This document shows, piece after piece, positions 15,510 through 28,800 of a stretch of 64,000 nt of DNA (position 1 is the stretch's first letter; every line of letters begins with the position of its first letter). The notes under the pieces were generated by a model, which searched no databases, was not told the DNA's origin, and worked only from the letters and a program-made list of their open reading frames with translations. The position numbers and the translations under genes were made by a program. This stretch comes from Candidatus Margulisiibacteriota bacterium (lineage in GTDB: Bacteria > Margulisbacteria > Termititenacia > CAZZFK01), in the NCBI GenBank assembly GCA_042562495.1, contig JBHPMC010000003.1:20752-84751 (forward strand), given 5' to 3'.

Positions 15510-16868
15510 TTATTTGCGGATAACTTTTTTGACCACAGATTTTTCACTACCGTTATAAACAACTCTGGCTTTAAAGAAATAGGTCCCTTTGGGCAGCTCA
15601 GCTTTGAGTTTCCAATCAAAAACTGCAGTATAGGTTTTGTTGGGTTCCAGGGAGACTTTTTTAGCTGAGAAAACCTTAAGTGGTTGCTTCTGATCATCAT
15701 AGATGCTCAAAGCACACTTAATATCTGTAGTTACTTCTCCAGTGTTCTCGAACACAACCTCAGTCTTTACCAAGCCATTGATCTTCTTAACGGTCATCTT
15801 ATTGATGGCAGCATCTTTTTTAAATTCTAATAAAGGTATTTCCTCAACATCAGCTGAAGCAACTTTGAGCTCACCAGGGCTTACCTCTCTTGGCTTTTCT
15901 GCCTCATCGATCTTCTGCTCTTCTTCTAATGGTTCGATGAGATCTTCTTGTTCTTCAAGAAGATAACTAAGGGATAGGAAATGCTTATTATCAACGACTT
16001 CACCTACTGGTTCTGTAGCAAAAGTATAATGCAGCCCGAATTTTTCATAAGCCAGGCTGGTGCCTAAGAATAGGCGCTCCTGATCGTAACCGGCACGGAA
16101 GGTCAGATACTTATTGAAAATAAAACGGCCACCGACCTTTAGCCCCAATCCGCGATCACTGCGCGAATTAACATCAACTGCGAGCAGGAATTGTCTGGTT
16201 ATTTTATGTGATACTCCGATGATGATATTGAACGGTATGGTTTCTATAAGATCGCTATCCGTATCCCAGGCAAGCTGGGGCGGAGTAATATTTTGATAGA
16301 CCAGACCAAGCTGGGTCCGAGAATTCAATCTATAAAATAAACCGGCATCAAATCCTGTGCCTGAAGCGCCGTTATCATAAAGCGATTCCTGGATGTATTT
16401 AAAGTTCAGACCAACTGCTAATTTCTTATCCAGTGCTTTAGCCGCTGAGAAGACGTAGGCATTGCCTTGATAACTAAAGCTCTTGCCAGTTAAGCTTCCT
16501 GCCCCATTTTGATAGGTAGCTTCTTTGATACCATCTACGCGAGTATTTAAAATATTCACTCCAAGAGCGATATCCCAGATCCTTGGATCACGTAACCGGT
16601 TATAGCCTAACTGGAGATAATCAACATCGCCTAAGATCGTCCCCTGCATAGAATTTACTTCGCTACGATTTACATAAGCCAGTACAGCAGGATTCCAATA
16701 ACCCACAGTTCCGTCCTCTGCAAAGGCCACCACTGCAGCGCCCATGCCCAGGGATCGGGCACCCACAGGTCTCATTATAAATGAGCCTGCAGAGGTTGCG
16801 TCTGCAGTGGTAGACCACTGTCCGAGGAGCAGTGTTATTAAAATTAAAATACTAAACAGTTTTCGCAT
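15510..16868 (-). CDS. FadL/PorV-like OM beta-barrel with C-terminal CARDB/CTD-like Ig domain (barrel 2, partner of the 4178-aa protein)
   Basis: Signal peptide MRKLFSILILITLLLGQWSTTADA. Hatch motif VGARSLGMGAAVVAFAEDGTVGYWNPAVL. The barrel ends with KHFLSLSY followed by a Glu-rich linker. Its AGGAG RBS overlaps the stop of the upstream giant gene (9-nt gap). Confidence 0.7.
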   Translation of the reverse strand: MRKLFSILILITLLLGQWSTTADATSAGSFIMRPVGARSLGMGAAVVAFAEDGTVGYWNPAVLAYVNRSEVNSMQGTILGDVDYLQLGYNRLRDPRIWDIALGVNILNTRVDGIKEATYQNGAGSLTGKSFSYQGNAYVFSAAKALDKKLAVGLNFKYIQESLYDNGASGTGFDAGLFYRLNSRTQLGLVYQNITPPQLAWDTDSDLIETIPFNIIIGVSHKITRQFLLAVDVNSRSDRGLGLKVGGRFIFNKYLTFRAGYDQERLFLGTSLAYEKFGLHYTFATEPVGEVVDNKHFLSLSYLLEEQEDLIEPLEEEQKIDEAEKPREVSPGELKVASADVEEIPLLEFKKDAAINKMTVKKINGLVKTEVVFENTGEVTTDIKCALSIYDDQKQPLKVFSAKKVSLEPNKTYTAVFDWKLKAELPKGTYFFKARVVYNGSEKSVVKKVIRK

Positions 16869-16877
16869 CGTTTACTC

Positions 16878-19800
16878 CTATTTCAGTACGGCGATCTTGA
16901 CCCGCTTAACTTTGCGGTTCTCGCCATCTGTTGCAACGATGTAGGCGACATATACTCCGTTGGCCAGGATCTCGCCCCACTGATCCTTGCCATCCCACGC
17001 TATCTCTCCGGAACTGGAATTTACATCTTCTTCGGTCTCCCATATTTTTTGACCACTGATGTCATAAACATAGATCTTGATGTTGGCCTCGTTCCTATTT
17101 ATGTTGTACATGAAATGGATAGAATCGTTATGTAAATTGACCGGATTTGGCGCAACAAAAGTTTGTAAAGCACTTAAGGAAGATTGTACGTTCAAGCCAA
17201 CAACGGCGAACTTGGAGAAATGAGTTGTACTGAATACAAGAGTAGTACCATCAAAACTAATAATGGTTATGCCATCGTTACTCCAACTACTTGTACTGGT
17301 ATTGTAATAATAAATACTGATCTGATTGGCCGGATAATTGAAGCTCATACCTAAGTTCAGGGTTACGATAACCGGATTGGCGAATTGTGGATCTGTAACA
17401 GGATTTAATGCCCCATCCAGCAATTCTAGATAGAACGGAAGTAAAAAGGACATTGCTTCAGTATCGTTCTCTGTCGGCGCCAAGTTGAAGCTAACGTAGG
17501 CCTCATAAGCTACTGCGCCTACTGGTAAAGTTATGTCAGCTGTGACATTTACAGAAGGATCGCCACTGATGAATTGAAATACTTTCTCTACTGTTAACAC
17601 AACTTGGCTGGCAGAAGTAGGGCTGAGATTACCGGCATTGTCGATACAGGTGGCATTGATAGTATTGTAGCCAGGAGATCTCAGGGCAACTTGCAAGGAG
17701 AAGCTTCCTGTAGTGCTGACCGGGCTGGAACCAAGCAATCGTCCGTTATTATAGATGCGTACTGTAGCGCCGGCCTCGGCCGAACCGCTGATTTTGAATA
17801 TACCAATGTTAGTTGTAGCCGGGGCCAGAGGCACTGGCAAACTGGATAATACTGGTGCAGCAGGAGGATAAGTATCCGTTTCGGTGCTGAAGGAGTAGTT
17901 GAGATTAGTAATATTTGGCGGATTACCATAATCTGCTGTTTGTGCTGCGACCTGTACAGTATCGTTATAGTTGAAAGTCTGGGCAGGTGTGAATGTAATA
18001 TTGTAGGTAATAGGTCCTCCAGAGATCACAGTTCCGCCGGCAACAGGAATGCCACCTACGCTGACAGTAACGCCTATTAGTCCTGTTTGGATACCTGTTT
18101 CGTTATCATAGGTTTGCAGAACGATGGTCGTATTTGTAGAGACATTCGTTGCTCCAGAAAGCGGTGAAAGAGCAGAGAGAAAAGGATCGCCATTGTCCTG
18201 GCCGGAAATGAAATTATATTCATCGACCACTGCATTGCCGCTTATATCTGTTGCATTAATAGTTACATATATCGTACTTAAGATGCCGAAATCAGTATCG
18301 TGAGTGAAAGATGCATCGTAGGTTGGGCCACTGCCGACAATATTTAAGACAAGATCACCGGTGATAATCCCCTGGCCGCTGTCCAGAACCTCAATTGTTA
18401 CGGAATCAACTGATACTCCGGTTTCAAGATCAACGATTGAGAAATTGACCGGTGCATCCTGAGCCCCGGCTCCTGATTTTTGCGGATTATGCCCGAATAT
18501 TGTAGGTGACGTTAGATCTTGTTCGGTTATAAAATAGAAATTATCGGTGACCAGATTATCTCTAAGGTCTTTTGCTGATATTGTGACCACCACGGTCTCG
18601 AAATAACCGAGTTCAGGTGTATAAGATACTGTATACTGACCGGCATTGCCGTTTATGTTGAGAGAAGCGCTGACATCAACATTATTGACCTCTAGTATTA
18701 TCGAATCGAGAGAGACGCCGCTTTCTATATCCGTAAGAGTGAAAGACATGTTGGTATCCTGAGCAACATTTGTTGTATCTCTGGTAGGTATTAAGCTGGA
18801 AATGACTGGAGCGTTGGTATCATCTATGGTCTGAAAACTATAAGAGATGCTACCAGGATTACCACCAATGTCTTCAGCGTTAACAGTTAGGTCGATGGTT
18901 TCCAGATATCCAAAATCGTTGGTAACTAATGTAGCAGTATAGCTATTCATGTTGCCGGTGATATCCATGGACGCTGAAAGATCTATACCAGCAACCAATA
19001 TCTGTATGGTATCCAAACTTACGCCTGTTTCAGAATCAGATATGATTAAGCTGATAGGAGTTGTCGGGGAGACACTAGTTGCTCCATTGGTCGGCGATAG
19101 AGAGCTGAATTGAGGAGCTGTCGAATCAGCGTGGATAGTAAATCCATAACTTATGCTTCCCGGATTATCCAAGAGATCATATGCTGAAGCAGTAACAGCT
19201 ACTGTTTCTCCGTAACCAAAATCAACACTTGGTGTATAGCTTACTTGGTAACTACTGGTAGTTCCTGAAATGCTTAGCTCATTGGTTACTTCAAGCTCTT
19301 GGACCCAGAGCCTTATAGAATCTTGGGATACACCGCTGCCGCTATCCTCAATAGTAATGTTTATTGAAGGATTTAAGGTAACATCAACTGCACCAGCTAA
19401 AGGATCTAGGCTATTAAAGGTCGGTGGTGTTGATTCAGGTGGCGCCTGGCCGATTCCGAAGCTGTAGGTCACTGTCTGGCTGTTGGCGGAGACATCCTCA
19501 ACATTGATGGTCACTGGTACAACAGAATTATAATTAAAGGTCGTGACCGGGTTATAAGTGACCAGATAATCACTGCCGGACAAGGTGATCTGGTCAGGGA
19601 CTACTGCTTGAGAGTCCACTTCTAGTTGTAAGGTATCGATGCTGACCCCGGATAATGTGTCGGAGATACGGAAAGCGATAGGCGTATCATTCACATTGCC
19701 CGTGCTATTTTGTGCAGGATATATGTCGCTTATTTCAGGAGGGAAATTATCATCAGCTATCTTTTCATAAGCTCCCATATCATATTGCGCCGTAGCGCCT

Positions 19801-22800
19801 GCTGAGACAAAGCGACCTAATTGAGGTCTGGTTATGCCCAGAATATCAGCTGCGGGTATATAGCTGCCTACAGACGTGCCTGTTTCAATAGCCAAAGAAT
19901 CTGGTTGAAGTTGGAAATCATAATTTGGTGTAGAGATAAATTTTGGATCAGAGGTTATTACACCTTCTTCAGATCCAGCCCAATTTTCAATGTCACTGTA
20001 TTTTAAGTTTAGGCTAAATTGATTGCTGATCTGTGGATTTGTAGCTGCAGTATTTCCCCAGAAAATATTATTGCGTAGAGTTGCGGAATTGTTATTATAA
20101 AGTCCACCGCCATCACTGGATCCACCTGGACAAGTGTTCTCAGAGAAAGTATTGTTATTAAGATATAAGATATCGTTGTTATATATACCTGCGCCTTGGC
20201 CGGTATTATTTAAGGCTTTATTCTCAGCAAAGATACAATTTATAATTCTGGCAGTCTGATTATTGTGATATATTGCGCCTCCTTTGCTGCCGAAGTTGTA
20301 TTGACTTTCATTACCGATAAAAACAGCTTTTTCTAGATCCAGAGCATTATCACTGTATATAGCTCCACCATAGTTATTAGCAGTATTATCAGTGAAATGT
20401 CCGCCGTTTATGTATATTCCACTTGATGTGTTGTATATAGCACCGCCATGACTGTTAGTGCTCTTATTCCCGATAAAATCGGTGTTTTGAATTGTTCCAG
20501 TACCATTTTCTTTATAAATAGCACCGCCATAATTGACAGCAGTATTATCATTGAACAGACTATCTACAATATATAATGCTATTCCTTCTCCATAAGCGTA
20601 GATGCCACCTCCATAATAACTCGAACTAATATTGCTGCTTACTATCACATTGTTCAGGGTCAGGGCCGAATTATCCGCCAAATAGATACCGCCTCCTTCA
20701 TTTACATTATTGCCGTTCTGGATGGTCAAATCTTCAATCGTAAGGGCTGTTCCATTGCTACCATTAAATGTACCAACGATTATTACGCGGTCATTGTTCT
20801 GCGCATCTATAATTACACTGCTAGATGCTGCCGGAGATATTCCTTTTAAGGTCAAATTCAAAGGTTTAGTAGGCCAGGTTATTTTAGTGGTCAGCTGGTA
20901 ATTGCCGGTCACAGCGATAGCAACTCCATTTGTAACATTATTATCGGAAAGATAATTCAAAGCATTTTGAATAGAATTGAAAGGATTAGCATAGCTTCCG
21001 CCGCCGCCGGCAGCAGCATTGGCACTTACATATACGGTGGAGAGCGCCCCTTGGGTAAAGAAACTATAGTCATCTATATAGGTTGTATTGCCTAAGCTGT
21101 CCTCAATATGGATAAGAACATTTACCGTAGTTTCTGGCGGATATGCAGTATCTGGATCAAGGATTACCGTGTAATCATTAATAGTTCCGCTATAGGTAAC
21201 GGCGCTGCTTAGCTCTGTATAGACAGTACCATTAATAGATATGATCAAAGAGGCAATATCAATCCCTGGATCGTCATCTCGGATCTTTAAGGTTATAGGC
21301 TCATCGGCGGGAACGTTCTGTGAATTATTCAGTGGATCAAAACTATAGATCATAGGTGCTTGGTATTCATAAGCTCCGATATCGTATTGATCACCTTGTG
21401 GTCGGGCTTGACCATTAATATCTATAGAGATATTTGATGTAGTTCCTTGATCGATCAGAGGTGAACTATGCATCAAGGAATAATCTAAACCAGCGTTAAC
21501 GAACTTTGGGTCGACCGAAATATTACCGAGGCCAGCATAGCCGCTCTCAATATCAGAATATTGGACTAATATAGTAGCTATATTGTTTATTTGAGAAGTG
21601 TTATCCCAAATAATTGTATTTAGCACATTAGCAGAGGCATTGTTATAAATTCCCGTTGAATTATCAGCTAAGACAACTTGGCTGATATATGTTTCACCGG
21701 ATAGATTTGAGATACCAATCCCATTATGAACAACCAGGCTGTTCTGTATCATAAAAGTGCCGTTATTAGAAACGCCTGAAGTACTGTTGCCGGAGATCAG
21801 CAATTGTTCTGCTTGTAATATTGCGCCACTTTGGACCTGTATACCAGTGCTGCCACCAGTGATAGTTAGGCCGTAGATATTTGCCGAAACAGTTTGTGCC
21901 AGATCAATGGCTAATCCATTGTTGCCATTGAGGATAACAGCTGTATAAGCATTTGGAGTATTGCCTTTTAGTGTTACTCCTTGTTTATTTGGCCAATTAA
22001 TATTTTCTGTATATGTTCCGCTTAAGACAGATACTGTGCCGTTTTCTTTAACAATGTCCAAGCCTTTTTGGATAGTAGCAAAAGGTAGTGCCATTGTTCC
22101 TTTTCCAGTAGTATCGTTGCCTCCGGTCGAGATGTATACATCTTCAGGCGCTATTATGGTGAAAGAAAGGATATCCTGTCTGCCCGCTCCGTTTTGGTCT
22201 GTAACATCAGTTGTAGCCACATAGGTCTTGCCTTTATCAAGATCGACCGCTGGGGTAATTGATATCAAAATATTTGCCGTGGTCGCTCCGCTTAGATCAG
22301 TGTAGTTAAAAGTATTTGAACCTGAAGCTTTATAAACCAGGCTATTAAAATTTATTGTTACTAAATTAATATCTACAGTTGAGGAGTTATCCACGATCCG
22401 CAGATAGACAGGCGTTGTAGCTGGAATATCTATGCCCGCCTTATCCGGCACATGGTCTATTACATATATAGAACGATATTCAAAGATACCCATATCAGGC
22501 AGGTTGTATTGAGGTCTTTCATGCCCGGCATTGTCTGTATCAGCCAGCGCAAGGATATTATCTGTCCCGCTTTCTATAGCGGGAGAATCGACAAGTAAGC
22601 TATAGTCCCCACTTGCTTCGTTAGTAAATTTCGGATCAGCGCTAACATTTCCAATGCCTGTTGAAGCTCCAGGGAAAATGCTGTAATTGATATTTACTAA
22701 GCCAGCGGGCATATTATTCGAGAAGATGGAATTAGTTATATCATTGTTGCTTCCCGAGATCGCAATGCCTCCGGCATTATTGCTGACAAAGACACAGTGT

Positions 22801-25800
22801 TGGATAGTGTTGTTGCCATCAGTTATGGCATTGCCGTTAGAACCACTGCTATTCGATCTGAAGATACTATTTACTATTATATTAATACCAGAATATAGAG
22901 CGCCACCACTACCTGCTGTAGCGGAGTTGTTTATAAATTCAGAATTGTTTATGGTCGTTCTTTCAGAAGAATCTTTATAGATCGCACCACCACCACCCGT
23001 GCCTGAGGTAGTATTGTTTTGGAACACACAATCCTCAATAGTTAAATTACCGCGATAGATCGCACCACCACCATTGTTTGAATTATTGTCACTATTATCT
23101 ACGAAAGAACAGTTAGTAAATGTAGCTTCTGCTGCAGTTAAAGCAGCGGCGCCACCGTTCATAGCGGCTGTATTGTTGATAAATAAGGAGTTATCAGCCT
23201 CAACAGTCACTAAACCACCGAAACTGGATAAACCGCCACCATAACCTTGGGTAATATTGCTGGCTTGGTTGCCAGAGACAATGACATTGTTCAAGGAAAT
23301 AGTAGTACCACCGGCTAGTCTAATTCCACCACCACTACTGCTGGTAGCATTTCCGTTACGAATAGTCAGCTTTTCAATGGTCAAGTGTATTGCCGTAGGG
23401 ACATCGATAGCCCGGGCAGAACCACCGCCATTGATGACAACGCTGGTCGAAGTGGCAAATCCGCTTCCTTTTAAGGTTATATTATTTATATTCGGCCAGG
23501 TCAGATTCTCATTGTAAACCCCGGTATTTACTTCAAGGGTCTCTCCAGCGTTGGCTGAAGCCAGTGCTTGGGCTATAGTTGAATAACCTGTAGCTTGGTC
23601 GACATTGACCACATTGAAAGGTACCGCTTCATAGGCGCCCATGTCATAACCTGAGCCAAGTGGCCTGGAATTGCCATCAAAATCAGTAATGACCCCTATT
23701 GAATATGTCGCCGTATCCAGGGCCATGGAAGCTGGGTTCAAATGCAGATCAAAAGTGCCCTCATTAATGAACATGGGATCGGAGGTGATATTGCCCAGGC
23801 CTCCACCGGACCAATTCTGTAGATCGGAATAAGTTACAGTAATGGTCCCCTTCAAGCCATGCCCAGACCTGTTATTCCATAAAATAGAATTGATAATGTT
23901 TGTCTGCGCAGCGCCTTGTACAGAATCTCCGGTGACCTGGGCCGTATTCTTAAAGAAAGTAGAGTTGATTATCTTACAATCGGTATTGATGTTGTAAAGA
24001 GCACCGCCACTATTGAGGGCATTATTACTGACAAATATCGAATTGATTATCTTTACCTTGCCGTAATTAGCACCTGCTCCACCGTCGCTGATAACTGCTT
24101 TATTCTCTTCAAAATAACAGGCATTAAAAGTTGCCGCTCCGCCTGTAGTGGATTTAAAACCTCCACCTTTTTTTGCTTCGTTATTAAGGAAAGAACAATT
24201 ATTCGCAGTAAGTTTCGCGGTGCTGCCCATGTAGATAGCCCCGCCATCCACGCTGTTATCGATATTGTTATTGAAAGTAACTCTATTTAAATTAGCTATG
24301 CTTCCCATGGATAAGGCGCTTTTCTTGTTGCCGGAGACGATACAATCATACATATTTAGAACGGCAGACTGATTATCAGATTTAATGCCTCCTCCTTGAC
24401 CTATAGAGGTGCCATTCTGGATGACCAGGTTCTTGATGCTTAAAGACACAGCTTGTGCGACATTGATCACAGTGTCACTATTGCTCCCATCCAGGACGAC
24501 GGTACCATTGCCTTGCAAAGTGATGTTATTCTTATTGGGCCAGGATAAGTTCTCATGATAAGTCCCTGCATCGACAGAGATGATATGTCCCGCTTGTAAG
24601 GCAGCATCAGCTAGGGCTTCGGCGATACTTAGGTAGTGCCGATTGGGCGAGGCAGAAATATTGTGGGCATAATAATTTAAAGCATTGCCGGTTATCAAAG
24701 CATCCGGATCTGCTATAACACCATCTGCAGATGCTCTGACAATATGGAAACTATCTCCAAAAGGCAGGCCAAATGCTGTTTGTGCGATACCGGTCGGGCC
24801 AGCATAGGCAAGGGGAGAACCTATTATCCCGTTGCCTGTAACTAAGGAGAAATAGACAGGCGCTCCTGATACAGTGCTGCCTAATAGGTCGGTCACGGTC
24901 ACGGTCAAATTTATAGTTGCTTCCGCATTATTAGTGATATTTGTTTCCGTGAAATTAAGTGTAGAGATAAAGGTGCTGCCATAAACTGAGAATTTCTTGA
25001 CCTTGAACGATGCTTTGTTCTCTGCTGGAGTATGTACATAATTATATATCCTGTTCAGATAATCACTAGAAGGGACACTTGTCCTATTACTGCCGTTGTA
25101 ATTAGTTATTGTTTGTGGACCGAACCCGATATCCAGTGTCAAAAGAGGGCGCTTAGAGCTGAATACTGAATTATAAAGTACAAGAGGGACATAAACGGCT
25201 GGAGAGGCACTGTTCACAGTAGTACCCAAGTTACTTGTTGAAGCCACATTGATCTCTGGTAGTTCTTCATTATTCTTAGTGATGATCAGGTCGGAGAAAT
25301 CAAAGTCAAAGATACTGATACCTAATTCGCTTGGGATTATCTTAATGCTGCCCAGATCGCTGCCTGCTAATTTACGTTTGATATATATATTTGTAGCTGA
25401 AGTTATGTTCTCTGTATTGCCAGCTTCATTGACATAGTAATAGGAAAGGTCCAGAGGTAAGCGTACTTCAAGTTCTTCATATATACCCATATCTGGGTAA
25501 CGGCCTTTTAAACGGGCTCGCGTATTTGTGAAATCATATTGAGGGATATTGACAGCTGTGCCAGTTTCAAAAGCTGGAGAATTCCTGCTGACATGAAAAT
25601 CACTATTTGCTACATCTATGAAGAGCGGATCGCTACTAATATTACCAGTGCCAGAAGTTGGATTTTGAATATCAGAATAGGTTATAGTTCCAGCACCTGA
25701 ATTACTCCAACCTGTAGTGGTGTTTCCCCAGATAATGGAGTTCCAAGCATCCAAGGTTCCCGAGTTGCTAATGCCGATGCCATTATTATAAACAATACAA

Positions 25801-28800
25801 TGTCTTACTTGTGCGTATCCTGCAGTATTAATTAGACCTACACTGGAGTTGTTGACAAGTAAAGAATTATCTAAATAGAGGGTGCCACTTGCTTTATTTA
25901 TTCCAATTATATTGCTGGCGATAATAGATCTGTTGATGGTTATCAAAGTATCTGTGATATTGATCCCGGCAGAATTGCTCGCAGTTACGATAATATTGTC
26001 AATATTAACTGTAGTAGTATTTAGGGAAATTGTATTTTTGAAGATAATATTCTTAAGTTCAGCGCTATTATTCTGGACCATAAAAGAATTAGCGGAAATG
26101 ATACTTGTATCCGGGGAAGACGAAGTGCTTCGTAAAGTGATGTTTGAGGAAATACTTCCATCCCAATTTACTGATCCGGAAAAAGTATCATCATTGATCC
26201 AGATCGTATGATCATCTTCGGCATCTTCCAGTGCGGATTGAATGTCGGTGTAGTATCTTGTAGGCGTATGATCACTGTTGTAGATCTTAAGAAGTTCTGT
26301 GTTGAATTTAAAAGCTCTTGATAAAATATCTGCTGAAGCATTTTGAGCGTTAATAGTCACATTGATCGTAGAATCAGTTGCCCAGTTCATTGTTGGAGCC
26401 AGGGTGATCGTTAGTGCTGCAGTTGGAGATCCGCTACCAGTAATATTAAGAGTGGCTGGGCCACCTAATGTATATTCCACACTATTTACATTCACGGTTA
26501 TCGAGGTGGAGGCTACTGAATGTAATAGATCATATATTTTAAAAGAGATTATTTGGTCAACAGGCCTGTCGATACTATCTGGCGTCGGCTGTATAGCGGA
26601 GACCATTAGATTCTGGTGTTCATACACACCTATATCATAATTACTGATCTGGGGTCTTTGAATGCCAATTAGATCATATTGGCAATTTTCACTTACCTGT
26701 ATATTGCTGAGCAGATTTGTCCCTGCTTCGATCGCTAATGAGGATGGTTGAAGCCGGTAATCGTTATTTGTGGTATCTACGAATAAAGGATCCGTTGATA
26801 AATTTCCAGTGCCAGCATGGCCACCTTGGATAATAGAATAAGAAATAATCCCAGTTACATCTTGTAGCTGAGTACCATTACCCCAAATTATTGAGTTATA
26901 TATGTTTTGCTCGCCGCCATAAATTCCATGACTACTGTTATTGTTTACTATTATATTAGAGAAGAAATTATCGACATTGTCGCCAGTGTAGATCCCTGAA
27001 GCATTTGAGCCGGTATTGTTCTTTATGATGCTGTTGGTTAAGAATAGTGAACTGTTATTTGCTTGATAGATACCGGCGCCCCAGTCTGCAGCATTTCCAC
27101 TTATAATACAATTATTGATATTAAGAGATACTCCTTGGTTTAAGAAAACACCGCCACCTTGTACTGTATTCCCTCCGTTTTGAATTACTAAGCCTTCAAT
27201 ATTTGCAGAGACAGAACTTGAAATTTTTATTGTAGAATCTGCAGCACTACCATCGATCTTGACCTGAAAGGGCGCGTAAATATCAGCTGATCTTAAAGTA
27301 ATACCTTGTTTGTTCGGCCAGACAATATTTTCGGAGTAAACTCCTGGGTAAACAATCACTTCTCCAAAACGACTGATCTGTTGCAAGCCTTCTGCAATGG
27401 TCACAAAAGGGCTGACTATTGTGCCATCTCCCGAAGGGGAAGCGTTTATATCTACATAAACAGTTGTGAGCAATTCAGTTTCGAATGAATAATTAGCAGT
27501 AAGTGTATGGCCGTGAATATCATCAACAGATACTTCAACGGGAATCCAAGTGATGTATTCAAAATCAGTAGTAGGAACGTATTGGACACTATAACTTGTT
27601 ATAGCAGAATTGCTGCTGGTTATCAGGTCAGTTACATTAATACCATTAACGCTTACGGCTAAAGTTGATATATCAACCCCATAGCTATCAACAACATCAA
27701 AATTAATAGTGCTGTTAATTGGAATCCCTTGTTCTCCAGGAGCAGGATTTTGTGCGCTTATAGTTGGTGGATCTACTTCGGCAAGGGTTTTAAACGACCA
27801 GGAATCGGTTGTTATGTTACCTGAGCTATCGCTAACACTTATGTTTACTGTGATAATACTATTAACTGGCAGATTAACCGTTGGAACATAGTATGCATTT
27901 ATTGTAGCTAGATAATCCCCTTCCGTATAAACCTCGGAAGAAATATCTTTTCCATTAACGGTCATAATTATTGAGTTTGTATCGATCCCGGGAAATTCAT
28001 CGAATGTTCCAAATGAGATCGTTGTTATTAGCGATAGATCAATGCTGTCAGGAGTAGGGATCTTTTCAAATACATTTGGTGGTGTTACTTCGGGGATAGT
28101 CGTAAAAACAGTATCACTCGTATTAATATTCCCCGAAATATCTTCAATATATACGGTCAAATTGTAAATGGTCCCAAGATCTAGCTCCTCTAAACCAGGC
28201 AGATCAACGTGATAGTTATAAGTTGATCCTGTTATATCAATGAATGTAGAGCTAGCCGTGATCGCAAAATTATTAAAAGTAATTATTAGAGAATCAATGT
28301 TCACTCCAGTTTCTTGATCAGTTAGATCAAAGCTCATTGTTGGATAAAGAGAAACATTTGTACTAGTGTCTGCTGGCGAAAGGTTTATTATGTTTGGAGG
28401 AGTAGTATCCTGATGAACGTCAAAAGAGTAGGAATCGGTTTGAATGTTGCCAGAAATATCTTTTACTTCGATCTCAACAGAGACGGGAACACCATAATCA
28501 AAATCAGTAGAAGGATCATGAGTTACCGAATAGTTATACATTGAACCGGTATAGGTTGTGCCAACAACAGCTCCGTTAACGCTAACGATCAGTGAATCGA
28601 TGCTGACACCAGTTTCAGTATCAGAGATCGTAAAAACAATGGAACTGTTGGTCGGAACATCAGAAGCTCCAGAATCAGGATCTCTGTTGGCTATAGCAGG
28701 AGGAGTAGTATCCTGATGAATGTCAAAAGAGTAGGAATCAGTTTGGATATTGCCTGATATGTCTTTTACTTCGATCTCTACAGTAACAGGTATTCCGTAT

